NCBI GenBank assembly: GCA_965649765.1
Contig: OZ287756.1
Coordinates: 43,648,001 to 43,712,000, forward strand
From: Bispira polyomma
Taxonomy: Eukaryota
DNA length: 64,000 nucleotides
Reading direction: 5' to 3'
A model generated the notes under the pieces. It was not told the DNA's origin and did no database searches. It saw only the letters and a program-made list of their open reading frames with translations. Positions 49,501-61,500 of the stretch are shown in pieces. Numbering within the stretch: position 1 is the first letter of the stretch; every line of letters begins with the position of its first letter. Both the position numbers and the translations under genes were made by a program.

Positions 49501-52500
49501 ATCTAAATATATTCGACCAAAAAAAATCACTTAAGTTTTTTAAAAGACTATTTTTGTGATTTGACCTAAATAAATCTCACCAAACTTACTGCGCATGCAC
49601 CGGAAGTCCCTTCAACTCTCGTCCTCGAGATCCCCTTCACAATTATTTTGGTCGCCATTGTATCAACACCTAGTTCGATCTACTACTGTAGAGTTTTGAA
49701 GGAAAGATGTTTTTTTTATAAGGCAGGATGTATTATGGCTGAGGAACTTTGCTTTCTGCAGTTTTATTCAATAAAGGCAGCGTTTTGGGGGGGGTTTACA
49801 GACCTTTCATTTCGTAAGTGATCTTTTGCATCCATTTCCGGTTTTTGACGAGTTTAGAAACAGCACGGAGCCATTTGGAATTCTCAGCATCTGTGTGCTT
49901 GTTAAGAGCCTCCACAACGTTTGGGAGTTTGTAGCAGTGTCACTACAGTGAATTATGAGGCGAGACGAGGTGCAGAAGGATCTACCTTTAACAGAGGTTG
50001 TTCCTGTCCAAAATCCTCAACCTTATACAGCATCAGATATGGACTCAGCCCTGCAGGCGATTATGGCTCAATTCATCACCATTTCTGATAGACTTTCTAA
50101 AGTCGAGTCGGGAAATGTGTTGGGTGCTACTACTACTGTGTGGAGTGAGGTATGGTGAACATGGTATTCAGATGTTCAACAATACAGAAAGTTCCGCTAC
50201 ATGTAATTTTGTTAAAATTATTAACAGTAATTTCTGTCAAAATTGAGTGGAGGCTGACATAGGAAGAAGAGGGTAAATCGTCAGCACATCTTGTTGGTGT
50301 GATATTTCAACAGTGATGTCTCAACAAACTGTTTTAACAAGCTGTGTGCTTGTTAAAAGCCTCCACAGAGTTTGGCTGATATATATTATTTGCTTATAGC
50401 TCATTGGGAACACTACAAGCTCTTAGTATGCCCTACAGATGATGACCCTAGAGCTACCTGAAGATGACTGATGTATTAATTGCTTATATTTCGTTGTGAA
50501 CACTGGAAGCTCTTAGTATGTCCTACAGTTGACTGATCTTTGAGTTACCTCCCTGTCAGCTTTGTTACCAGCTCTGCTACAAGGATGGAAGGGGACCTGA
50601 GCATAAGAGGGTAAATCGTCAGTACACAGGATTGATATAAGGGTTTCTCTGACTAGGTTAACAGTCAGTTGGATTTTCCCTGTAAACTGGAGGTGTACAG
50701 AGATGATGTTTTCCTGAGACAGAAGTTCAAACTTTGAGGTTAATTCAGTTGCAACTATAACTGTCATATTGCTAGAAGGCCATGTTTTGACAGAAAAACA
50801 GCTTACATACAGTATTCTACCCTCTCACAGTCTTCCCAGCAGAGATCTCTACTAAAGACTGTTACGTATTGCCTTTGGCCATTTCAGCATTGCTTAAGAA
50901 GTAGTGACTGTTAACTGGCATGTGGTGCTTTTTCAGAGTTACACGTATGATGAGATGGGCTCTTCATTTTCAACTCATATACTAGGCAGAGTTGAGTACG
51001 TGTTCCATGGTTTCAAATTGTGTTTTACCATATAAAAAACGAATGACGTCATTATGACTAACAAGTAGAGTTGACATAGCAGTTTCTCGATGTCTAAGAG
51101 ATGAAAATGGAGATATTTGTCAAATATTGTGTATGCAAGCGATGATGTGAGATCTGGGGAGAGTTCTTAAAGTCTTCACGGAACAGAAATGAAGAAGGAT
51201 TACAACTAGCGATGGCAGAAGATAAGGTAAATCTGCGCTTTGCTACATGTTCTTCCAAGTTGAATACTAATGAAGATGTTGGGAGAACGATCTTTTTACC
51301 GGCTGCTAGCTTGTCAATTCAACACGAAGAGATATACAAAATTTCCAGGTTTCTAGTCGAAATAGGTATATTTGGGTGGCGTTAGACGTCTAGCACCCTC
51401 ATATTCCATTTAATTCAAAGATTCGTCTGATTCAACGGATTCGTTGTGAGGAATAATCAGTGTATGAGCGATAATGGGTGGCGCTAAGGCCGACTTTTAT
51501 ATCCATATTTTGTCCAATTTGCAGATATTCGGGAATTCTATGAGGTGGAAACAGTTCTCTCACGAATTTATGAGATAATCAAATTATTATTCACACTTGG
51601 GTACATGGGTGGCTTAAGGGCCGACTTTCATATCCTAATTAATTTGGATTTGCAGATATTCAGGAAGAGTTCTAAATCATATATTTCGACTCCCAGATTT
51701 AGACTTGTCAATTCAGATTCAGAGTGATTTCACAAGATGCAAGTACTAAATTACTCAAAATTTTGTAATCTACAGGCTACATGGGTGGTGCTTGGCGCTG
51801 ATTTTCATGTATTTATTTTTGGGATTTGTCCGAATGTGAAGTCTCCAACAAATTGGATCCTATTTTTTTATGCCCATGGACTGGCTGTTGCTTATTTAAG
51901 TCAGAAATTGATGTGACAAATGTGAAATTTCTAGACTGTCATTTCCTTTTGAAGCAGGCTTTTTTGTGACTGTACAATATATAACCAGATTGTACTTCAG
52001 ATCACAACTGAATTTTTTCATGTCCTTGTTAAAGGGCCATGTTTAGTTCAAGGAATGCAGTATTTTGGAGAGTTTTCATATGGGAATCCAAAATGAACGA
52101 ATTGTTTGGAATTAAGCAAAACAATTTCACAATATTTCGAGGAGATGCATGTTGATTGAAATTAAATGTCATTAATTATACAAGTCTATGATTTTAACAT
52201 ATTTTTGTCCTAGTTTCAATCTACCCAGGTTTTGTACAGGACTTGTTCAGGTCTAGTTGTCGTTTATGATGATCCTAGTCATAAGATGGTCAGACGAGTT
52301 ATTTTTTGGTGTCCTGCCAGACCTGGAACATATTATTTAGATAGATCTGACAGAGTTCACAGGGACTATTTTATCTTCAAACATACAATCATAGGTTGAT
52401 GAGCTGTTTGTTTCTCTCATTTGTCTGTTCTCTTCCTGTGAGGTATAGAACTGAAGGGGTTTTCAGTTTGGGGATCTAGTGCCATTCTGGGTGACTATTT

Positions 52501-55500
52501 CTTTGCATGACAGCTACAGTGCAGTACCTTACCTATTAAGTGGTTGACGCATCACTTCTCTATCAGGTTTTCATACTCTACATGTTTAGTACTTACGATA
52601 GAGGCATGCTTTACTTACCATGTTTTTAAGTGGGAAGTTGATACTGGTTTCATAACAAAATATCCAGTGGAGTACCTTTCCTTATCCTTACATGGAGTGA
52701 AGGGGATTGCTGGTTGAATACTTACTGACACATAGTAACTGTTCAGTAAAGTACCTTTCTTTATCCATGAAATACAGCACCATTTACATGGATTGAAGCA
52801 GGTTGCTGGTTGAATTCTTACTGACACACAAGTAACTGTTCAGTGAAGTAGTTCTCTTTATTCTTATAAGGCAGCACAACTTTCATGGTTTTGAGTGCGC
52901 TGTTGGTTATTACTTACTGTTTTGTAATTGTCAAGTGGAAGTAATTGTCTTTATCCTTGAAATATAGCACCATTTACATACAGTGAAGTGGTTTTGCTGG
53001 TTGAATTCTTACTGGTTTATAAAAGTCTCCAGTGAAGTTATTATTTTTATAAATAAAGGGCAGCACTACTTACATGATGTTGAGTAGGCTGTTAGTTAAA
53101 TATTTACTGTTTCTTAGGGAACTATACAGCAAAGTAATTTTCTGTATTTTTGAAATACAGCACTATTTACATGGAGTGAAGTGGTTTGTTGGTTGAATTC
53201 TTACTGGTTTATAAAATTCTCCAGTGAAGTTATTTTTTTATACTTAAAGAGCATTCTTACTTGTATTGTATGATGTTGAGTAGGCTGTTAGTTGAATGCT
53301 TACTGGTTCTTAAGGAGCTGTTCAGTGAAGTAATTTTCAGTTACCTTAACATACAGCGTCACTTATCTTTTAGTGAAGCGAGTTGCTGATTGAACACTTA
53401 CTGGTACCAAGACACTTATCAGTTAAGTAGTTTTTCAATACTGATTTGGTTTATACTGATTTGGACATAAGGGACTGTCCAGTAAAGTGACCTTATTTAT
53501 CTTTGCAAGATAGCACTATACTTATTAAAAGTGAAGTAGTTTGTTGGTTGTATTCTTCCTGGTTTTATTAGAAATTGTCCAGTGAAGTATTTGCCTTTAT
53601 GCTGTTTACATACATCTTTGCATGTGCTGATGACTTGTCTGTTTCTTTTGCAAGCCCTTTCAGTAGTCAAAAATGGTTGATAATATAATTTGATTTTATG
53701 CCAGAGAGAGAGACCTGTAGGAAGTTTGATAAGTTTTTGTGAGGTTTGGAAACTAGATGCTGTTTGGGATGTATTTATTTCTATCTACTGCCTCTATGTA
53801 CAACTATACAATTAAAATTTTAGTTAAAATTTTAAAAATGCCAATATGGCTACATAATAAATTACAAAACAAGAGTATGTAAATGCCAATATGGCTACAT
53901 AATAAATTACAAAACAAGAGTATGTTATGTAAAGGGACAAAAAGGTCCCGAAAGAACAACATAAAAGTTGAACACAAGAATACCCAGGATGACTGAGAGT
54001 GTTAAAATTGTTTATAAAAGCTGAAGGAAATTGAATATATGAGCTTGTGTGTATATGAATCTTAAGTTCCTCATTATCTCTGACCAGACTCAACCTCCAA
54101 GGTCACTGCGGTCCTGCGGCACCTAATCGCCTAGCAGTGAAGGTTCCCAGCTGCAGAGCTTTAATCCCCGGTAGCCCACACCGAGGGGTAGTTGCGAGCT
54201 GAGAACCAGCACCACACGGACCGAGGTTCGAACCCAGGTGGAGTCACGTGGGCAAGTGAGATTATAATTTTTGGGTGGAGGGTTGGGAAAAAGACGTGTT
54301 GCTTACTTAACTTGCAACTTAATAATGCCTTTCTATGATAAAAGGGCGGCAAGGAGTTTACTCTGAAGGAAGGTGATTGGTTGCCTGGTTTAAATGACCT
54401 AAAGTCTGATTGGGATAGCTAGATAAACAATTCTTAAGGAGGGTTTTACAGTAAAGTATTCAATTTTTGCTACTGACTTGCCATGCTATACTAGCAGTGA
54501 CATCAACAGTAGTCAAAAATGGTTGATAATATAATTTGATTTTATGCCAGAGAGAGAGACCTGTAAGAAGTTTGATAAGTTTTTGTGAGGTTTGGAAACT
54601 AGATGCTGTTTGGGATGTATTTATTTCTATCTACTGCCTCTATGTACAACTATACAATTAAAATTTTAGTTAAAATTTTAAAAATGCCAAAGCCAAATTA
54701 GAAAGTAGAGGAGATAATGGAGGAAAAATTGGAGGGGATGATAGAGGCTGCATGAGAAGTGGATTGTAAATATGACCAGACAGCATCGGATTTCCAGCAC
54801 CCATGTTTTTGTATATCTTGAAGTTTAACATTAGAATTAAAGGCTAGAGAGTCTCCAGAGCGACGGAAGCAGTGAAATGAATGACCTATGTGTGGAATGT
54901 CAAGGTGAGTGAGGATGTTCTTGAGTGTAAGCCTAAGCTTGGTGTCTGATAAGCAGTTTCCCCTATCACATGGGTTGGCCAGTAATGGGGCCATGGAGTT
55001 TAAAGGGTATTTGTTAAATAAGGCTGTGGCAGCTCTGACAGGACATAGCCAGGGGTTTGATAAGGAAGGTAGTTGAATGATGTCTGGATTTGTCCTACTT
55101 TGATTAGTTTTACTCCATTTAAGGATAAGGTGAATACCTGGTGGGGCGAATACTATGTCTGCCCTTGTGAGGTGTCTTGTAGGGTCAAAAAGTGAACCGG
55201 AAGTAGTAGTAAGATTGGAAATTCTGAGGAACCCGAAGAAGGCGAAAAGAAAAGCTGTCCTGTATAGCTCAGGGAAATGAAGTGAAATCACAAGCTTGTG
55301 AAATTTTTGCAAGTTGTAGTAAGTCAAACACTCCCTTTATTCTGGGGGTGTATTTAGAGGTGAGTTCTAAGGACCTAGTGTACAAGGTCAGTCTGGGGTC
55401 ATAAAGACCTGTGTGTAGTATATTCAATAGTTTGGCATTGTGCCTTAGAGCTGATATGTAATTTGCAATCACTTTGTGGGATTTCCCTGTTTGAGTCAGG

Positions 55501-58500
55501 AACTCTAGAAATGCCAAAATGGTGTTGAAACTGAAGGTATGATGTAGATCATAATATACAGTGAAGGCTAAAAAGAGTCTGAATTGACTGTTGTATTGTC
55601 TCTGAGTTCTAGGTCTGTGGCTCTGTCGTAATCTTGTGAGGGCACCTTGGATCAGTGAGTTTGCTGAGTCAGAAGTGCCTGAAATTATAAATAAGTATCT
55701 AATGTAAAAAAGTTAAGAGGAATGTCATGCATGGTGAAGTTGTGAGTGATGGTTGACCTTATGTGTTCACCCCCCGTGTCGAGTTCATACCATCGCGAAA
55801 GTGCGTCAGCGATGATATTTTCCTTACCTGGGATGTGACTAATGACAAGGTCAATGTTTTCTGCTGCACAAATTTGCCAAATATTCCTTAAACATAGTCC
55901 TAAGTAAGTGTCCTTGGTTTTTGATGACTGCACTACAGCCACCACGGCCATGTTATCTGACTGTACCTTAACTTTTTTGTTTTTCCATCTGTGACCCCAT
56001 AGTTTGAGAGCAATTAAAATGCTCACCATTTCAAAATGTGCGATTGATAAAGTATGAGACATGAAGAGAGGAAGGGGAGTTTTAAACACGTTTCTGTTCC
56101 ATATACCTCCAATGCCAGATAAACAAGCGTCAACTTGTAGTAGAGCGTCGTGTGGCTTGTTTATGTAGTTATAAGTAGTAGTACCGTTAAACTGTAAAAG
56201 AAATGTTACAAACCAAGCGAGGTCTTGGTGGAAATCCATATTCAAGATGACTGTGTTACTGCTAGTGGATTGTCGTAGTGATGCTAGCATCCGATTCATG
56301 AATATACGAGAGGGTTTAATACAGCGGTGAATGTAAAGGAGTTTTCCTAGTAGCGACTGGTATTTTTGTTTACGTACTTTATTTAGGTATTTAAACCCAA
56401 GACAGGTATCATAAATGGAAATCAGTTTATCCTCGTCAATACTGAGAGTTTCGTTGGTGATATCAATGGTAATGCCCATACAAGTGACACGTTTACTGGG
56501 GGGGACTAGCTTTTTTTTGTTTATGGGGAGGCCTAGATCTGTGAGAATTTCTTGCAAAGTATTGTAAGCTAAGGTAGCCCTATCTTCAGATTCTACGAGT
56601 ATGAAGTCATCGATGTAGTTGTATACTGTGAAGCCTTTAAGTTTCATAATATAAGTCACGCAATCTGAGGCCATCATAAAGACTGCTGTGCCATGAGTTA
56701 AGCCAAAAGTCAAGGTTAAATCTATATAATAATTATTTTTCCAAAAATATCCGAGTTTAAGGCAATCATAGGGGTCAATTCTGATATTTCGAAATGCGTG
56801 GGAAATGTCCACTTTTGCTAAGGTGGCCTTAGGTCCAATAGTCAAGATTTGAGAAGTTATTTGATCAATCGATGGAAGTTTTAGGTTGAAGTCTATGTGG
56901 TCATACTTTGTTTTTACAGTACAATCATTCACGGATTGGCCTGTAGGGTGAGATAAATCTAAGACTAACCTACGTTGGTCAACGTCCTTGGGAACTGTCA
57001 ATAAGGGACAACAGTGTAAATCTGGATGTAAGTTATCGTTAATGGGGCCAATTATGGTACCTCTGTCGACCTCAGTGATGAAATATTTGTCTATTGCCTG
57101 AGGGAAAGCTTTGGCTGAGTAATGATTTTTGACATTTGTGACGTGTAGTCGGTCCCTGCCGTATAAGGAAATGGGGAATCCGAATTCTACGTACTGTAAA
57201 ATGATTTTGTCTGGGTAGTCAACCAAATACTCTTTCCATTTAGCTACTTTGAGGTTGCTCTTAAGTGGTATACGTGCTGATTTATAGTTGGGGACCTTAG
57301 TGGTTTTAATGATGTTGGCAACTTCTACCAGTTTGCCATACGAGTCAATGTTGACCTCTTGTCTAACAGGACCCATAAAGGTAAAGTTGTTATATCTGTG
57401 TGGAGTGTAACCAAAAGGTTTGTGTGTGTTGGCTAAAGTGTCCCCTTGTGTGTTGTTGTTCTTGGGAAGTACATGTGAACATTGTTGTGAAACTGCCTGA
57501 GTCATAACGACCTCATGATCTGTACAGTGTGTGTGTGTGACAGTAGTATGAGGGTTGTGAGTGTGGAAGTTGTGTGATGGCATTACAAGTTCTACAGTAG
57601 TTGTTTTTGCTTGTGTGAGTGTCTGTTCATCACGTCTACATAAGCTGTCAATGATGTCATTGTAATACAAAGTGCTACCTAATTTAGTACGTGTGTGTGA
57701 GAGTTGTTTGTCTAATCTCGGGTTTGTGAGTTTCTTTATTTGGGGAAAGTTCCTGCCTAACTCTGAGATGTGCATAGAGCAAGAGTAAGTTATGGGCCAA
57801 ATGTGTTCTAATGACCAATCAGATAGGTGGAATGTCCAGCTATTTTGTACAAAGTTGCACACATAAACGCCCGACAGAGATGTATCTTGGCGACATACTA
57901 GGTAACAAAGGTTTAACGTATTACAGCCATGTTGACTGTTACTGAGATATATATCACAAAGTTTAGAGTCACAATGTAAACTGTTATCAGCTCTATATGT
58001 GATAACATTGTCTATAGTGCCTGGGTAGGCAGTTAGACTTGCATTAGCATTTTTAACTTGATCGTTGTCAACACTTGAAATAATAGAATTATTACAGTCT
58101 GATGAAGTCTGTGACCTGTTAATCTTACTGTCTACAGAGAATTGGTCGATATTACTGTTCCCAACACTAACGCTTAAACTGGATATAAAATTAGGGTTCT
58201 CATAATTGTCTACCTTATAAATTTGCTTAGAAGTACTATTAATCTCATCATTCTTCAGGCTCATACAATAAACATGAGGTACATTGAAGTCACAACTGGT
58301 GGTGGTGGCTGTAGGCAGTTGGTGGTCCTATTGTGTGTTTGACGTGGGGGTTGGACGCCCATGCAGTTTAAAACATTTTGTCTCCGGATGAGGGTTGGAT
58401 TTTTTACTAACCCGGAAACAGTTGGCACAAATGTGCTCAAAAAAAACGTTATTCCCCTCGTGGTCTTTCTGATGTTGGCATTGGCCCTTCTGAAAGTGCC

Positions 58501-61500
58501 TGCATGGGATTTCTTGTTTAGTCGACGCAGAGAGAGTGGTGTTTGTAGACGTGTTGTTGGAGACGAGAGCTTGGGAGTACGAGAGCCTGTTTAGTGTCCA
58601 CTTCGTTTCGTTGAGCCAGCTGAGGCGACCTTCCTCGATGTCGTGCATGTTGCACGCGTAAGCTCCACGAGCTATCTGCCAGGATATGTTTGAGGCGTCT
58701 CTGAGAGTATCTGCCAACTGAGTGAGCATCACTCTCGAGATAGACTGATTCTGGACCTCTAAAATATTTTGAATTTGTCCGGCAGCGAATTGTGGGATGG
58801 TAAGGTCGTCGAAAGAAACGTTTTTTATTTATACCTGAGAGGCAAGCCTCATTGGGCCAGCGTTTCATCGGATCAGCGACACACACATCTGAGACATTGT
58901 AACGACCAGACTTTTTCTTGGTGGCAAGCTTACCTTGTAAGCCTTCGTCCACAGCCCAGGCCTCATAACGTGCTAAGCGGAGAGATACTTCATTTTGTAT
59001 TAAAGAGGACTGCTTGAGGACATCTGGTGTCGGTAAGATGGCGTCCTGTAGTGCTCGCTGTGTGTTGTCAGTGTTAGTAACTCTCTGTGGTTGCATCTGC
59101 CCTGCTATGTGAGGTTGAGCGTGAGGCTGAGGCAGAGGGTGAGATGTGTAGGTGAGCGATGAAAGATCCCTGTGTGCTTCATAGCCTGGTAAACTAAGTG
59201 ATGCTCGGTGTACTGGTGTCGTGTGAGGTGGGTCTTGAAGAATTTGCATGTTGTTTCCTGGGTTGTGAAGCCGAGGAGTGACTGTAGGACGAGCTGACGG
59301 GGTCGTTACTGACGGCCCTACCATGGGTAACTGAAGAACCGGGGTCTCGGATTGCTTAGCTTTAAGGTCAGAAACGTCCTCTTGTAACTTTGACACAGTA
59401 GTAAGTAATGTTTGCATCATGGCTTGCTGCCTGCTATGTATGTCACGGTAAAAATTTTCGGAACTTACTTTATCAGAGCAGTTACTGATGGAGTCGCTGT
59501 CAAGGTTATGTTCTGCTCCCAAGTCTTGGTCTGGTAAGGGTTCTTCTTCAGAAGATACAATGACTCTGTTGCATCTAGTCCCGACTGGGCGAGTATGTGA
59601 AATGTCACATCTCGAGCACATAGCTACATTCACGACGGGTTGTCTTTTTTTACCTCTCCCCATTTTGACACTAAATCCAGGAGTAAAAGCACCACGGGTG
59701 AAACTATAATATGTCTATAATGGTTATGCACTAAAACCACGTAAAAACTAGATATAAAACGAGTGGGAACATATAATTTAAGAAAGGTTTTCCTCCCACA
59801 AAAGTTCAAAATCCAATATGGCCGCTTCTGGGCTCACAAAAAGACGTGTTGCTTACTTAACTTGCAACTTAATAATGCCTTTCTATGATAAAAGGGCGGC
59901 AAGGAGTTTACTTTGAAGGAAGGTGATTGGTTGCCTGGTTTAAATGACCTAAAGTCTGATTGGGATAACTAGGTAAACAATTCTTAAGGAGGGTTTTACA
60001 GTAAAGTATTCAATTTTTGCTACTGACTTGCCATGCTATACTAGCAGTGACATCAACATTGAGTGGCATATTGTGAAAAGTTTAGCTGTGGCATGTTATG
60101 TCATTTTGATGACGGTTTAGCATAATAGCCATAGAGCATCATCTTCTTGCCCATCTTTTGACATGCATATATGGTACAGTCATATCTTTATAGAACTCAG
60201 CGCTACTTCTTATTCAGTTAGGTAGTTGGCTGTTTTTGTTGTGCTTCGTCTGAAGTTTCAGAGTAAGTCAAAATGCCTTATCCTCCACAACTAATTCTTT
60301 AAAAATTTCTTAATACCTTAGGTGGGGCTCTGTTTCACACAAATAACCCTCCTCCTTCAAGGTTGAATTCAAGCATTAGTGAGGATGAAGTAAGGTGTAT
60401 TTATCGCAATAAAATGTAAAAATTTAATTGTAATCTATCTTTTTGTAAGATAAATACTTACCTTATCCTCACTAAACTGGAACCGCCTAGTCGAGCCCCA
60501 CTTTTTTTGTGCAAACATATCCCAAATTAATTGTGAAGGGGATCTCAAGGACGAGAGTTGAAGGGACTTCCGGCGCATGCGCAGTGAGTTTGGTGAGATT
60601 TATTTAGGTCAAATCACAAGAATAGTCTTTTAAAAAAGACTTAAGTGTTTTTGTTTGGTCGAACATATTTAGGTGTACTAAATTAAAGCATTAGTGAGGA
60701 TAAGGTATGTATTTATCTTACAAAAAAATAGATTACAATAAAAATTTTAGAATTTATTTTTAAAAACAATGGGGACACGAAGATTGTGAGAAAGCCAGGT
60801 GAGCTTTCTGAAGTACATATAAATCTGTAGGAAATTTTATATTCTATAATTAAAAACTTTTATCAAAGGGGATTATTTGTCGGGTTTTCTCTATATAGTT
60901 ACAATGCATAACCAAGCTTTCTTTCTATTTTATTAATTAAATTCAACATATTTTAATATACTGATTTGATTGTAAATTAATATTTTACGTCTCAGATACT
61001 TGTGATTTTGCCATGCACAAGAACTGCAACAATCTTGAAGCTGGTCTAATGTTTGTGGCACAATCACATGTACATTAGTAAAGGACAAATTATTGCTTTC
61101 ATCGGGGTGTGGTTATAGCAACAATAATTTACCTCTAATGCATGCTCATCAATGGATGCAAACTCCACTTTCTTGAAAATCTCCTTTTTACTTTTGCCAT
61201 CAGGATGAGGATAACCATCATGCAGAGGTTTTCCATCAGGACATACCGTCTTCCATTTGAGGTATCTTCTGTTTTCTCTTTTCAAAGTGGTATGACTTGG
61301 AAACTCTGCGTAATTGGGTTGAAATCTGTGTGGTGTCTCATCGCTAGGTTCTTTAATGATTAAAACATTCATTCATAACTTTTGTGCCTTACATTGGATT
61401 TCCATTGTGTTCATCTATCTTTATATTACTAACTAATCAATAAATGCAAATTAATTTTATGTTTTCTGTGAAATCATGTTTTCAAATACAATTTGAAAGT

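Larger units (their letters stand above)
53661..60057 (-). mobile_element. Ngaro copy 3 (full length, best preserved), nested in the DIRS1-type element
   Basis: A1 59838-60057, B1 54508-54690, A2 54288-54507, B2 53661-53844. Its flanks differ from those of copy 1, so it is an independent insertion. Confidence 0.94.
49450..60755 (+). mobile_element. Old DIRS1-type YR retrotransposon (ITR + ICR architecture), coding region decayed, in an intron of gene copy B
   Basis: Inverted terminal repeats ~49469-49645 and ~60528-60706. Internal complementary region 60371-60474: its first half is the reverse complement of the left end (TTTTATTGCGATAAA..CCTTATCCTCACTAATGCTT), its second half of the right extension (TTAGTGAGGATAAGGTATGTATTTATCTTACAAAAA..TAGATTACAAT). 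Termini are T-rich. The element is absent from the paralogous intron at ~12815. Possible gag remnant 49955-50158. Confidence 0.85.

Noticed and set aside
51371-53600. CRISPR-like array next to a reverse transcriptase
   Set aside because: The context is eukaryotic with no cas genes. The repeats are degenerate and the 96-bp units are homologous along their whole length rather than having unique spacers.
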